Below are positions 18,180-27,858 of a stretch of 64,000 nt of DNA, piece after piece (position 1 is the first letter of the stretch; each line of letters starts with the position of its first letter). Position numbers and translations under genes: made by a program. The DNA comes from an uncultured Spirochaetota bacterium (lineage in GTDB: Bacteria; Spirochaetota; Spirochaetia; SZUA-6; CAVTHK01). The notes under the pieces were generated by a model. The model had not been told where the DNA came from. It saw only the letters and a program-made list of their open reading frames with translations, and did not search any database. The stretch spans positions 1-64,000 of the forward strand of contig CAVTHK010000001.1 of assembly GCA_963734495.1 (NCBI GenBank), in the 5' to 3' direction.

Positions 18180-18642
18180 CTAGTGCACGTGGCCGTGATC
18201 GAGCTCTTCGGCGGTCGCTTCGCGGACGTCCTTGATTTCCACGTCAAAGTGAAGGCCCACGCCCGCCAGTGGATGGTTCCCATCGACCGTGACCTGCTCG
18301 TCGCCGATCTCGGTGACGGTAAAGATCTTCTCGCCGTCGTCGGTGCTCACATGGAACCGCGATCCGACTTCGAGGTCCTTGACCTCGCTGAACTGCGAGC
18401 GCGCGACCTGGACCACGAGTCTCTCGTCGCGCTCGCCGTAGCCGTCGGCCGCGGCCAGCGACACCTCCCGTCGATCGCCCGGGCTGGCGCCCTCGAGCGC
18501 CGACTCGAGGCCGGTGATGATGTGCCCGTTCCCGTGCAGGTACCGCAAGCGGCTCCCGCCCCTGCGACGAATCGAGGACGGTGCCCGAGCTGTCCTTGAG
18601 GGTGTAGTCGATCGCGACCACCCTGTTCCTGGCGACCTGCAT
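18180..18642 (-). CDS. slyD: SlyD-like FKBP peptidyl-prolyl isomerase (frameshift near 18548)
   Basis: VVAIDYTLKD...YLHGNGHIITGLE...DGNHPLAG...EELDHGHVH. Confidence 0.88.
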
Positions 18643-18755
18643 GAGTCCTCCGCCTGAAAACAAAGAGCGCCGGAAGCGGAGCTTCCCGCCCGCCCCAGCG
18701 CTCATCAAGAGCCTGCCGCGAAACCAGGCCTGTGTGGCACTACGCGAGACGCGAC

Positions 18756-19016
18756 CTACCCCGGTTTCGCCTCGTTGCCCTCGTTGCCGCCTTCCGCGTC
18801 GTCGCCCTCGCCCTCCGCGCCTTCCGCGTCAGCGGCCTCATCCTCCGGCTCCGCCGGGAGTCCGAGATACTCGCGCACGAGGGCGTCGGCGTCTTCAGCC
18901 GGCTCGGCGCCCGGCTCACCCTTGTGAAGCCGGCGCTCGCGCTTGGCCGCCTGCTTGGCCTGTCGTTCCTTTTCCTTGCGCCGCTTGGCTGCGTTGTGCT
19001 GTGATCCTCTTGGCAC
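18756..19016 (-). CDS. small basic/acidic hypothetical protein
   Basis: KRRKEKERQAKQAAKRERR followed by an acidic tail; directly downstream of the RRM gene. Confidence 0.6.
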   Translation of the reverse strand: MPRGSQHNAAKRRKEKERQAKQAAKRERRLHKGEPGAEPAEDADALVREYLGLPAEPEDEAADAEGAEGEGDDAEGGNEGNEAKPG

Positions 19017-19019
19017 CTG

Positions 19020-19439
19020 CTATTCCTCTCGACGGGCGAACGGCCGCCGGCCTTCGCGCGAGAGGTAGCCGCGAGACTCGTACCCGCCGCGGCCGTAGCC
19101 GCCGCCGCCGCCCCCGCCGCCCCCGCCGTAGTCGTCGCGTCCGCCGCCGCCGTAACCACCGCGTCCGCCGCCGCCGCCGCCCCGGCCTTCACCCTGGGGC
19201 TTCGCCGCGTTCACGCGAAGCTGGCGCCCGCCAACTTCCTGGCCGTTCAGCGCGTTGATGGCGCCATCGGCGGCCTCGCTGGTCCCCATCTCGACGAACG
19301 CGAACCCCCGCGGCCTCCCGGTCGCCCGGTCGTACACGACGCTGACGCTGACGACCTCGCCATACGGCGCGAACAGGTCGCGCAGCTCGTCTTCGGTGGT
19401 CGAGTAGCTCATGTTGCCCACGTAAATCTTGCTCGGCAC
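19020..19439 (-). CDS. RRM RNA-binding protein with Gly-rich tail
   Basis: KIYVGNM (RNP2) and RGFAFVEM (RNP1). Confidence 0.93.
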   Translation of the reverse strand: MPSKIYVGNMSYSTTEDELRDLFAPYGEVVSVSVVYDRATGRPRGFAFVEMGTSEAADGAINALNGQEVGGRQLRVNAAKPQGEGRGGGGGGRGGYGGGGRDDYGGGGGGGGGGYGRGGYESRGYLSREGRRPFARREE

Positions 19440-19713
19440 AGATCCTCCCTCCGCCGCTCCCCCGCGACGAAGCCATGCAGTAAGCGCCGCCCTTCCAGCG
19501 GACGCCCGACGCCCTTTACACGGGCGCCATTCTTTCTACAGAGCGGTTACCGGCTGTGTCAGGAGTTGAATCGACGAGCCGACCGCGCTGCTGCATCTGC
19601 GGCCTCATACGGCGGCGGGATTCAAAGCCATGCGGACCTGCGGGGCTCCACTCACCAAAAGAACGACGGGCAAAGAACGTCTTTCGAGCGCACAAGCGCC
19701 CTTTTCGCCGGTG

Positions 19714-19742
19714 AGTATACCCAATTAACGGTTTTCGGTCAA
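19714..19742 (-). promoter_or_regulatory. sigma70 promoter for the RRM gene
   Basis: Minus strand TTGACC-N17-TATACT. Confidence 0.7.
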
Positions 19743-19890
19743 AGGACAAAAGTGAAGGCGGCCGCCCCCCGCCCCGCTCCCCCGGCGGTCTCGCGCTGCC
19801 GCCGCGGGCAATCTGCCGCCGCCCTCAAGCGCCTCGCGGCGCAAGGGGCCGCGCCGCGGCCGCGGGCAACGGGCGCGCCCGGCGACCGCG

Positions 19891-21375
19891 TCAGTAGGCC
19901 CTGACCCGCCGGACCCCCGCGCCACTGGTGGCCATGACCGCGTCGATGTGCTGCTTGAGGAGCCGGCAGCGCAGCTGATCGAGGCCCGGCCGGTCCCACA
20001 GGTTGTCGAACTCGCCGGGATCCTGCTCCAGGTCGTAGATCTCGCCGATCTCGTGTCCGTGGTACAGGGCGACCTTGTACCGGCCGTCGAAAGACATCGT
20101 GCCGTGCGACGCGTCGTAGCCGCGGCCGGTGGTGCCCGTGCCCATGGCGTCGTTGTACTCGCTCACCACGATCCGCTTGTGGCTGTGCAGGTCGGAGCGC
20201 CCTTCCAGGAGGCCCGCGAGCGATCTGCCCTGCACGGTGTCGGGGATCGCGAGCCCCGCCAGCTCGAGCAGCGTCGGAGCGACGTCGACCAGCTCCACGA
20301 GCGCGCTGCTCACGGAGCCCTCGAGCACGGCGCGCGGCCGCGAGACGATCAGCGGGACGTGGACCAGCCCCTCGAAGAAGCGGCAGCCCTTGAACAGCAG
20401 GCCGTGGTCGCCGAGGAGCTCGCCGTGATCGCTCATGAAGACGACGATCGTGTCGTTCGCCTGGCCGCCCTCGTCGATCGCCTCCAGGATGCGTCCGAGC
20501 TGCGTGTCTACGAGCTCGATCTCGCCGTAGTAGCAGGCCTTGAGCAGCCTCGGGTCGTAGCCACCGGGCGGCGTCGACGCCAGCCGGTCCCTCGGCAGGT
20601 CGAGCTTCGCGCCGGCGCGGCGCTCGGCCTCGTGCGGGCTCACGGCCTCGACGGTCTGCTGGTCGATGGATGCGAAGAGCCGCTGCCTCGCGACGTCGCT
20701 CTCGCGGAAAAGCGGATAGGACAAAGCCTGCGGGTCGTAGCGCTCCAGGAACTCCCGCGGGGGATGAAAGGTCGGGTGCGGGGCGAAGGGGTTGACGCTC
20801 AGCAGCCAGGGCTGATCGCGTTTGCGGCGGATGAACTCGATGGCCTTCTCCGTGCACCACGTCGTCTGGTGCAGCTCCGCGGGGAGGCCGACGCCGTAGG
20901 AGCCGCTGATGGCCGAAAAAGCCTCCACGGGGTCAACGCCCTTCGCGTCGCGCAGCCAGTCGGTGTACTCGTTGCCCTCGATGTCGGGGTACGGATGGTG
21001 GCTCCAGGCGTAGGTGCGGTAGCCGTCGTCCGAGCGGCGCTCGCGCTCGCCCTTGGAGGCGGCCAGGTGCAGCTTACCCACGAGGCCGCAGTCGTAGCCC
21101 GCGTCGGCGAACATGCGGGTCACCAGCGTCTCGCCCGGCGGGAAGTACTCGTTGCCGTTGCGGTGCACATGGTGGGTGGCCGGGTAGCGGCCGGTCAGGA
21201 ACGAGGCTCGGCTCGGCGTGCAGATCGGCGACTGGCAGTAGGCCCTGCGGAACGCGACCCCGCTCGCCGCGAGGCCGTCGAGCACCGGCGTGTGGATCTC
21301 CCGCGCGCCGAGGGCGTGGATCGTGTCGGAACGCTGCTGGTCCGTGCAGTACCAGAGGATGTTGGGTCGGTTCAT
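19891..21375 (-). CDS. sulfatase
   Basis: PNILWYCTDQQR, CTPSRAS (FGly motif), GKLH, SDHG. Confidence 0.93.
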   Translation of the reverse strand: MNRPNILWYCTDQQRSDTIHALGAREIHTPVLDGLAASGVAFRRAYCQSPICTPSRASFLTGRYPATHHVHRNGNEYFPPGETLVTRMFADAGYDCGLVGKLHLAASKGERERRSDDGYRTYAWSHHPYPDIEGNEYTDWLRDAKGVDPVEAFSAISGSYGVGLPAELHQTTWCTEKAIEFIRRKRDQPWLLSVNPFAPHPTFHPPREFLERYDPQALSYPLFRESDVARQRLFASIDQQTVEAVSPHEAERRAGAKLDLPRDRLASTPPGGYDPRLLKACYYGEIELVDTQLGRILEAIDEGGQANDTIVVFMSDHGELLGDHGLLFKGCRFFEGLVHVPLIVSRPRAVLEGSVSSALVELVDVAPTLLELAGLAIPDTVQGRSLAGLLEGRSDLHSHKRIVVSEYNDAMGTGTTGRGYDASHGTMSFDGRYKVALYHGHEIGEIYDLEQDPGEFDNLWDRPGLDQLRCRLLKQHIDAVMATSGAGVRRVRAY

Positions 21376-21466
21376 GCACCCGATGCTACGCCCGTTGCCG
21401 GCGGCGCACAAGCGGAAAGCGGTTGCGGCCTGCGCCTCGCCCGTGCGACACTGCGGCGCGAGGGCG

Positions 21467-22507
21467 ATGGTGAAGCGCATCCTCATCATCCACACGGGCG
21501 GCACTTTCGGCATGGTCCCGGCGGAGCCCTCGCGCCCGCTGGCGCCGGGCGACGTCCAGGGGCAGCTTCTCCGCCACGTGCCGGAGATCGCCCGCATCGC
21601 CGAAATAGAGACCGCGGTCGCCTTCAACCTCGACAGCTCGAACATGACGCTCGGCCACTGGCGCCTTCTGGCGGGAATGATCGCGGAGCGCAGGGACGGC
21701 TACGACGGCTTCGTCGTGATCCACGGCACGGACACGATGGCGTACACGGCGTCGGCGCTCTCGTTCATGCTGCAGGGGCTGGGCAGGCCGGTGATCCTCA
21801 CGGGCTCGCAGCGCCCGCTCGTGAGCATCAGGAGCGACGCGCGGGGCAACCTGGTCAACGCGGTCGAGATCGCCACGACCGATCTGGCCGAGGTGGGGAT
21901 CTTTTTCGGCACGCGGCTGTTTCGCGGCAACCGCACCACCAAGATCTCGGCCGAACGGTACGACGCGTTCGCCAGCCCGAACCTCGCGCCGCTGGCCGAG
22001 GTCGGCGTCGACATTCGCTTCGCGGCGCATGCGCGGCGGGCGGGCGGGGCGGGAGCCTTCAACCTTTTTCTCGACCTCGTTCCGTCGGTGGCCGTGCTCG
22101 TCGTGTACCCCGGGCTGCCCCCGGCGCTGCGGGACGCGGCGCTGGCGAGCGGCGCCCGCGCCTTCGTGGTCCTGGGCTACGGCCCCGGCAACGTGCCGAT
22201 CGAGGACGAGTCGCTCCTGCCGTTCATCGAGCGGGCGGTCGCGGCCGGACGACTCGTCGCGATCAACACGCAGTGCGCGGAGGGACGCGTCGATCTCGCC
22301 CTCTACGAGTGCGGAAGGCGGGCAGCCGAGCGCGGCGCGCTCAGCTCGGGCGACATGACGGTCGAAGCTTCCATCACCAAGCTCATGTACCTGCTCGGCC
22401 GCTGCCGGTCGACCGAGGAGGCGGCGGGTCTCTTTGTTACCGACGTGGCCGGCGAGCTTTCGCCGCCCTCGCCGAGGCTCGAGGAGTCGAACGCCCGGCC
22501 GGCGTGA
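21467..22507 (+). CDS. ansA: L-asparaginase type I
   Basis: HTGGTFGM, HGTDTMAY, LTGSQ. Confidence 0.92.
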   Translation: MVKRILIIHTGGTFGMVPAEPSRPLAPGDVQGQLLRHVPEIARIAEIETAVAFNLDSSNMTLGHWRLLAGMIAERRDGYDGFVVIHGTDTMAYTASALSFMLQGLGRPVILTGSQRPLVSIRSDARGNLVNAVEIATTDLAEVGIFFGTRLFRGNRTTKISAERYDAFASPNLAPLAEVGVDIRFAAHARRAGGAGAFNLFLDLVPSVAVLVVYPGLPPALRDAALASGARAFVVLGYGPGNVPIEDESLLPFIERAVAAGRLVAINTQCAEGRVDLALYECGRRAAERGALSSGDMTVEASITKLMYLLGRCRSTEEAAGLFVTDVAGELSPPSPRLEESNARPA

Positions 22508-22739
22508 ACGGCGGCTGGACAGCCGCCCCCGCCTCTGGTATCCTGTGCGAGTCCCGCTTGAGCGGGACGCCGCAGCTGCGGCTATCTCTGCGAATCAGGA
22601 GGGAGTGAATGACGGCGCGTGATCTTGTCGCCCGGGGACTCTTTCCCAGGAAGTCACAGGGGTAGGGGCGGCCTTCTCCAAGAGCACCTCGCATCCTCTG
22701 TGACGGGCATTCGACCCGAACGACAGAGGACATCCAACA

Positions 22740-23849
22740 TTGATTTCCGGACAGCTCAACGATCTCGTTCCCTTCGGCTGGAGCGGCAGCTTCGAGCGTC
22801 CGCTCGCGGCGCTCCAGGATTCCGGCATCGAGCCCGGCCGCGTCGTGGCTTCGTCGCGCGACCTCACCCTCGTGCAGACCCGTGCCGGCGAGCTGTGGTG
22901 CAGGCCGACCGGCCGCTTCCGGGTGGAGTCTGAGGCCGAAGGCACGGTGCCCTGCGCTGGCGACTGGGTCGCGCTGCGCCGATACCCCGACGGGTCCGGC
23001 GGGGCGCTCGAGGCCCTGCTGCCGCGGCTCTCCGTGCTGGCGCGTGCCGAAACCGGCGGCCGCGACCGGCGCTCCGGCGGCCGCAGCCGCGCGCAGGCGC
23101 TGGCCGCCAACGTCGACTTCACCCTTCTCCTGATGGGGCTCGACGCCAACTACAACCCGGCGCGCATGGAGCGCATGGCGGCCGTGGCCTGGGCGAGCGG
23201 GGCTCAACCCGTGGTCGTGCTGACCAAGGCGGACCTCGTCGACGACCCCGCCTCCTACGCGCGGTCGATCGAGGCGTCGGCGCCCGGCGTGCCGGTGCAC
23301 TGCGTCTCGGCGGTGAGCGGCCTGGGGACCGCCGACCTGCGCGCCGTAATCGCTCCGGGCCGGACCGCCGTGCTGATCGGCTCGTCGGGAGTCGGCAAGT
23401 CCACGCTGCTCAACCTCTTTGCCGGCGAGGAGCTCCGGGCGACGGCCGAGGTGCGCGCCGCTGACGGCCGCGGCCGCCACACGACGTCGCTCCGCGAGCT
23501 CTTCCTGCTGCCGGGCGGCGGCTGCCTGATCGACACCCCGGGCCTGCGCGAAGTGGGGCTGTGGGACGACGGCGGCAGCCTGGAGCAGGCCTTCGCGGAC
23601 GTCGCCGCCTTCGCGGCTTCCTGCCGCTTCCGCGACTGCAGCCATCACGAGGAGCCGGGGTGCGCGGTCAAGGAGGCGCTCGCCTCCGGGGCGCTCAGCC
23701 CCGAGCGATACGAGAGCTACCTCAAGCTGCGCCGCGAGGCGCGCTCCGCGGCCGGCCGCGCGGACGACAGGCTGCGCCGCGAGCGGCAGCAGCGCGAAAA
23801 AGCCATCGCCCGCTTCTCGCGCTCCTTCAACAAGAGCCGCCGTGGGTAG
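22740..23849 (+). CDS. rsgA: ribosome small-subunit-dependent GTPase A
   Basis: TKAD, GSSGVGKST, GRHTT, DTPG and CRFRDCSHHEEPGC motifs. Confidence 0.93.
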   Translation: MISGQLNDLVPFGWSGSFERPLAALQDSGIEPGRVVASSRDLTLVQTRAGELWCRPTGRFRVESEAEGTVPCAGDWVALRRYPDGSGGALEALLPRLSVLARAETGGRDRRSGGRSRAQALAANVDFTLLLMGLDANYNPARMERMAAVAWASGAQPVVVLTKADLVDDPASYARSIEASAPGVPVHCVSAVSGLGTADLRAVIAPGRTAVLIGSSGVGKSTLLNLFAGEELRATAEVRAADGRGRHTTSLRELFLLPGGGCLIDTPGLREVGLWDDGGSLEQAFADVAAFAASCRFRDCSHHEEPGCAVKEALASGALSPERYESYLKLRREARSAAGRADDRLRRERQQREKAIARFSRSFNKSRRG

Positions 23850-23853
23850 GGGC

Positions 23854-24210
23854 ATGGCCGAATTCCGAGCGGGTCGCCGGTCCGCGGCGGCGCCCGAGCG
23901 CGGCGGCGCGTTCGTGTGCGCCCGCTGCGGGGCGACCGTGCTGCCGCAGGCCCCCGGCACGACGCAGCGCAACCATTGCCCGGTGTGCCTGCACAGCCTT
24001 CACGTGGACATCACGGTGGGCGACCGGCGCAGCCTGTGCCGGGGGCTGATGGAGCCGATCGCGCTCTGGGTGAGGGGGCGCGGCGAGGTGAGCCTTCTCC
24101 ACCGCTGCTCGCGATGCGGCGTGATCCGCGCCAACCGCCTGGCCGGCGACGATCGCGAGGAAGCCGTGCGCCTGCTGGCGCGCCGCCTCCGGACGGGAGC
24201 CGGCCGCGGA
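23854..24210 (+). CDS. RNHCP-domain protein (true stop unclear)
   Basis: FVCARCG...QRNHCPVCLHSLHVD...HRCSRCG. Confidence 0.8.
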
Positions 24211-25482
24211 CTACGGCAGCCGCCGCATCCAGGGCGCCCGGAACCAGATCACCGCCGCCACCACGGCGAGGGCAGCGACGTTCAGCCAGACAGCGGCGGC
24301 GAGGCCCAGGTGGTCGGCGAGCTCGCCGATCAGCAGCCCGCCCACGGGCAGGAACCCGAAGAACGTGAGGCTGTAGATCCCCATGACCCTGCCGCGCATC
24401 CGGTCCTCGACCAGGGTCTGAACGAGGGAGTTCGCTATGTTGTAGACCGCGATCATGAGGCCGCCGACAGCCAGCAGGGCGGCCATCGCCACGAACAGCG
24501 ATCGCCCGATGGCGAACAGGCCGATCGACGCAGGCAGGGCGACGACGCAGGCGATCAGGGGCAGGCCGCGGAAGCGCAGCCTCGGCCCCAGGGCCGCGAT
24601 GGCGAACGCGCTCACGACGGAGCCCACCCCGCGCGCCGACTGCAGCAGCCCGTTCGTCTGCGCGCCCCCCTTGAGGATCTCGACGGCCCACGCGGGGAAC
24701 AGCGTGAACACCGAGAACCCGAAGAGCGTGACGATGCTCACGACGAGGACGACCCCCCGGATGTCGCGGTGGCCCCAGGCGTACCGCACGCCTTCGACGA
24801 GGTCGGCGACTTGCGTGACGCTCCGGACCGTGGCCGCCTGCCTCGTGATTCGCATTGACACCAGCGCCGAGACGGTGGCGAGCGGGGTCAGCACGCCGAC
24901 CGCGAAGCAGGCGCCCGGGCCGAGGAGCGCGTACAGGAGGCCGCCGAACGCGGGGCCCAGCGCCGTGCCGAGGTTGAACATCGTGGAGTTCAGGGCGATC
25001 GCGTTCACGAGGTCGTCCCTGACGACGAGCTCGAGGACGATGGCCTGCCGGGCCGGAGCGTCGAACGCGACGGCCGTGCCGCTCATCGCGGCCAGCACGA
25101 GGATGTGCCAGGGCCGCACGGCGCCGGTAAACGTGAGAACGACCAGGATCACGGCGATCAGGGCGGAAGCCGACTGCGTGACCACGAGGATGGCGCGGCG
25201 CGGGAAACGGTCGGCTGCCAGGCCGCCGATGAGCATCAGCAGCCACGAAGGCAGGCCGCTCACGAGCGAGAGGTAGCCGAGGAGCGCGGCCGAGCCCGTG
25301 AGCTCGTACACGAGAAAGCCCTGCGCCGTGGTCAGGGTCCACATGCCGAACACGGAGACGAGCTGGCCGACGAACCAGAGGCGGTAGTTGCGGTGGCGGA
25401 AAGAGCGGAGCGCGGTCGCGAGCGCTCCGCCGCCGTCCGCCGCAGAGGCTGGGCCGGGACGGTCAGCAGGCGCGTCTGTCAC
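24211..25482 (-). CDS. MFS transporter
   Basis: FRHRNYRLWFVGQLVS, GGLAADRFPRR; many hydrophobic segments. Confidence 0.9.
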   Translation of the reverse strand: MTDAPADRPGPASAADGGGALATALRSFRHRNYRLWFVGQLVSVFGMWTLTTAQGFLVYELTGSAALLGYLSLVSGLPSWLLMLIGGLAADRFPRRAILVVTQSASALIAVILVVLTFTGAVRPWHILVLAAMSGTAVAFDAPARQAIVLELVVRDDLVNAIALNSTMFNLGTALGPAFGGLLYALLGPGACFAVGVLTPLATVSALVSMRITRQAATVRSVTQVADLVEGVRYAWGHRDIRGVVLVVSIVTLFGFSVFTLFPAWAVEILKGGAQTNGLLQSARGVGSVVSAFAIAALGPRLRFRGLPLIACVVALPASIGLFAIGRSLFVAMAALLAVGGLMIAVYNIANSLVQTLVEDRMRGRVMGIYSLTFFGFLPVGGLLIGELADHLGLAAAVWLNVAALAVVAAVIWFRAPWMRRLP

Positions 25483-25651
25483 GATGAAAAACCCTCCGGC
25501 TGGCTCTCGAGCAGGCGCCGCCGCGAAGCGTACCCTGCCATCATAGCACCGCCGCGCGGGCGCTGCCCAGAGGACCCGCCCGGCCCGGGCCGCCGCCCCT
25601 TCCGCGCGGGCGCGGTTGACTCGCCCGCGGTCCCCTGTCAGGGTGGCCGTC

Positions 25652-26663
25652 ATGGACGGCAGGGAGCGCTACGTGCGCGCCCTCACCTTCGCCGGGCCGG
25701 ATCGCGTTCCGGTCATGCACCACGCGCTGGCCGGCGCCCGCCGCGTTCACGGGCCGGCCCTGGACCGGCTGTATGCCGAGCACCCGGCCGACGCGCTGGG
25801 GCCCTGGGCGTTCGGCGACTGCCCTCGCGGCCGCTGGGCCGGCGGCGCCGCGACCCGTGACGACTGGGGCTGCGACTGGCTCTGGAGCACCGCCGACCAC
25901 ATGGGGCAGGTCTCGCGAAGCCCCTTCGCCGACTGGGCGGCCCTCGACGGCTACCGGGCTCCCGACCCCGCGAAGGGCGCCGAGGCGCTCACCGAGCTCC
26001 GGCGCGAGGTGGCCCGCGAAGGCCACCACCGCTTCGTGTTCGCGGACGGCGGAGAGCTCTTTCAGCGCATGTTCTTCCTTCGCGGCATCGAGGACCTTCT
26101 TGTCGACCTGCTGGAGGACCGCGCCGAAGTCTATGCGCTGCGCGACCTCGTGCTCGCGCATTCGCTCGAGCGGATCGGGATGCTGGCCGACACGGGAGTC
26201 GTCGACGGGATCGTCTTCCGCGACGACTGGGGATCGCAGGCCGCGCTGCTCGTGCGCCCCGGCGATCTGGCGGCGCGTGTTCAAGCCGGCGTACGCGAAG
26301 CTGGTCGCGGCCATCCACGACACTGGCGCGTACGCGAGCTTCCACTCCGACGGCATGATCGCGGAGATCGTCCCCGACCTCATCGAGCTCGGATGGGACG
26401 AGATCAACCCGCAGGTCGCCCTGATGGGGATCGAGCGGCTCGGCCGCGAGATCGGCGGCCGGGTATGCGTGCGGGCCGACATCGATCGGCAGGCGACGCT
26501 GCCCCGCGGCAGCCCGGCCGAGGTGGCCGCCCTGGTGCGGCGGCTCTTCGACGCCTTCGGCCGCTTCCACGGCGGCTACGTCGGCTGGGGCGAGATGGCG
26601 GCCGACGTGCCGCTCGCCAACTGCCGCGCGATGCTCGAGGCGCTGTCCGGCCTGCGGTACTGA
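25652..26663 (+). CDS. uroporphyrinogen decarboxylase-family protein (frameshift near 26258)
   Basis: DDWGCDW...LRGIEDLLVDL...DDWGSQ, then FHSDG...INPQ in another frame. Confidence 0.8.
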
Positions 26664-26878
26664 GTCCCGCGTCCGGCCGACGCGAGGCGCGTTTTCCGCG
26701 CCCTCAGCGTCCGCCCGCCCCGCCGCCGCCCCGCCCGGCCCGATTCCTGACCCCCGCAGAAAACTATTGACGACGGCACCGGCCCGGTGGCAAATTCGCG
26801 ATCAGGTCGCCTTAGGCGGACGCGCATTCTCTGGTTCGTCGGGGGCTCCGCGGAGGAGACTTTCTCGGGAGGTCCGGG

Positions 26879-27847
26879 ATGGAGCCGACAAGGCGCGACA
26901 TTCTGCGCGGCAAGGCGACCGCGCCTCAGCATACCTTCTTCCAGACCGGCCCCGGGGCCCGGACGGATTCCATGGGCACGCCTGCGTCCCAGGCAGCGCC
27001 CGGCGCACAGCCGCAGCAAGCACCGTCGCAGCCCGCGGAGCCGCGGCCGCGCGCCCGCGTTGCGCGCCGCCTCCGCGAGCTGGCGCTCGTCGGGGCGGGG
27101 CTCGCCCTCGCAGCCGGCGTCATGCTGCTCGCGCGCGCGATCTGGCCTCCCGCCAGGCCGATGTCCCAGCAGGACGTCGCGAACGTCGTGCAGAAGGTCC
27201 TCAAGGACAGGAAGCCCGACCCCTCGATCGGGTCCGTGGCCTATGAGAAGGTCAGGCCCTCGCTCGTGCTGGTCAAGGCGGAGCGCGTCGACCCCAAAGG
27301 CGGGCCGGGCCTCGCGATCGGCACCGGCGTCGTCGTGGAGGAGGAGACGGGCCTCATCCTCACGGCGCTCCACGTCGTGCGCGACTCGACCGCCATTCAG
27401 GTGGTCTTTTTCGACGGGCTCGAGAGCGCGGCCGCGGTGGTCAACGCGCAGCCGCAGAACGACCTCGCGGTGCTCAAGCCCGCCGTCATCCCCGACGACC
27501 TCGCGGCCGCGACGCTCGCGGGCTCGACCCAGCTCCGCGTCGGCGACGACGTCGTGGCCGTCGGCAACCCGTTCGGCATCTTGAACTCGGTCTCCGAAGG
27601 CGTCGTGTCCGGCCTCGGCCGCAGCTTCAAGGAGCCGCAGACCGGCGAGACGCTCAAGAACCTCATCCAGTTCGATGCCGCCGTCAACCCCGGCAACTCG
27701 GGCGGGCCGCTGCTCGACCGCAACGGCGAGGTCGTCGGGATCGTGTCCGCGCTCCTGAACCCGACCGACCAGGAGTTCTTTGTCGGCATCGGGTTCGCGG
27801 TCACGATCGAGACGGCGGCCGGCGCGCTCGGCCTCCCACCCTGGTAA
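26879..27847 (+). CDS. membrane-anchored trypsin-like (S1C) serine protease
   Basis: TALHV, NDLAV and NPGNSGGPL triad motifs. Confidence 0.9.
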   Translation: MEPTRRDILRGKATAPQHTFFQTGPGARTDSMGTPASQAAPGAQPQQAPSQPAEPRPRARVARRLRELALVGAGLALAAGVMLLARAIWPPARPMSQQDVANVVQKVLKDRKPDPSIGSVAYEKVRPSLVLVKAERVDPKGGPGLAIGTGVVVEEETGLILTALHVVRDSTAIQVVFFDGLESAAAVVNAQPQNDLAVLKPAVIPDDLAAATLAGSTQLRVGDDVVAVGNPFGILNSVSEGVVSGLGRSFKEPQTGETLKNLIQFDAAVNPGNSGGPLLDRNGEVVGIVSALLNPTDQEFFVGIGFAVTIETAAGALGLPPW

Positions 27848-27858
27848 AAGGAAGAATC

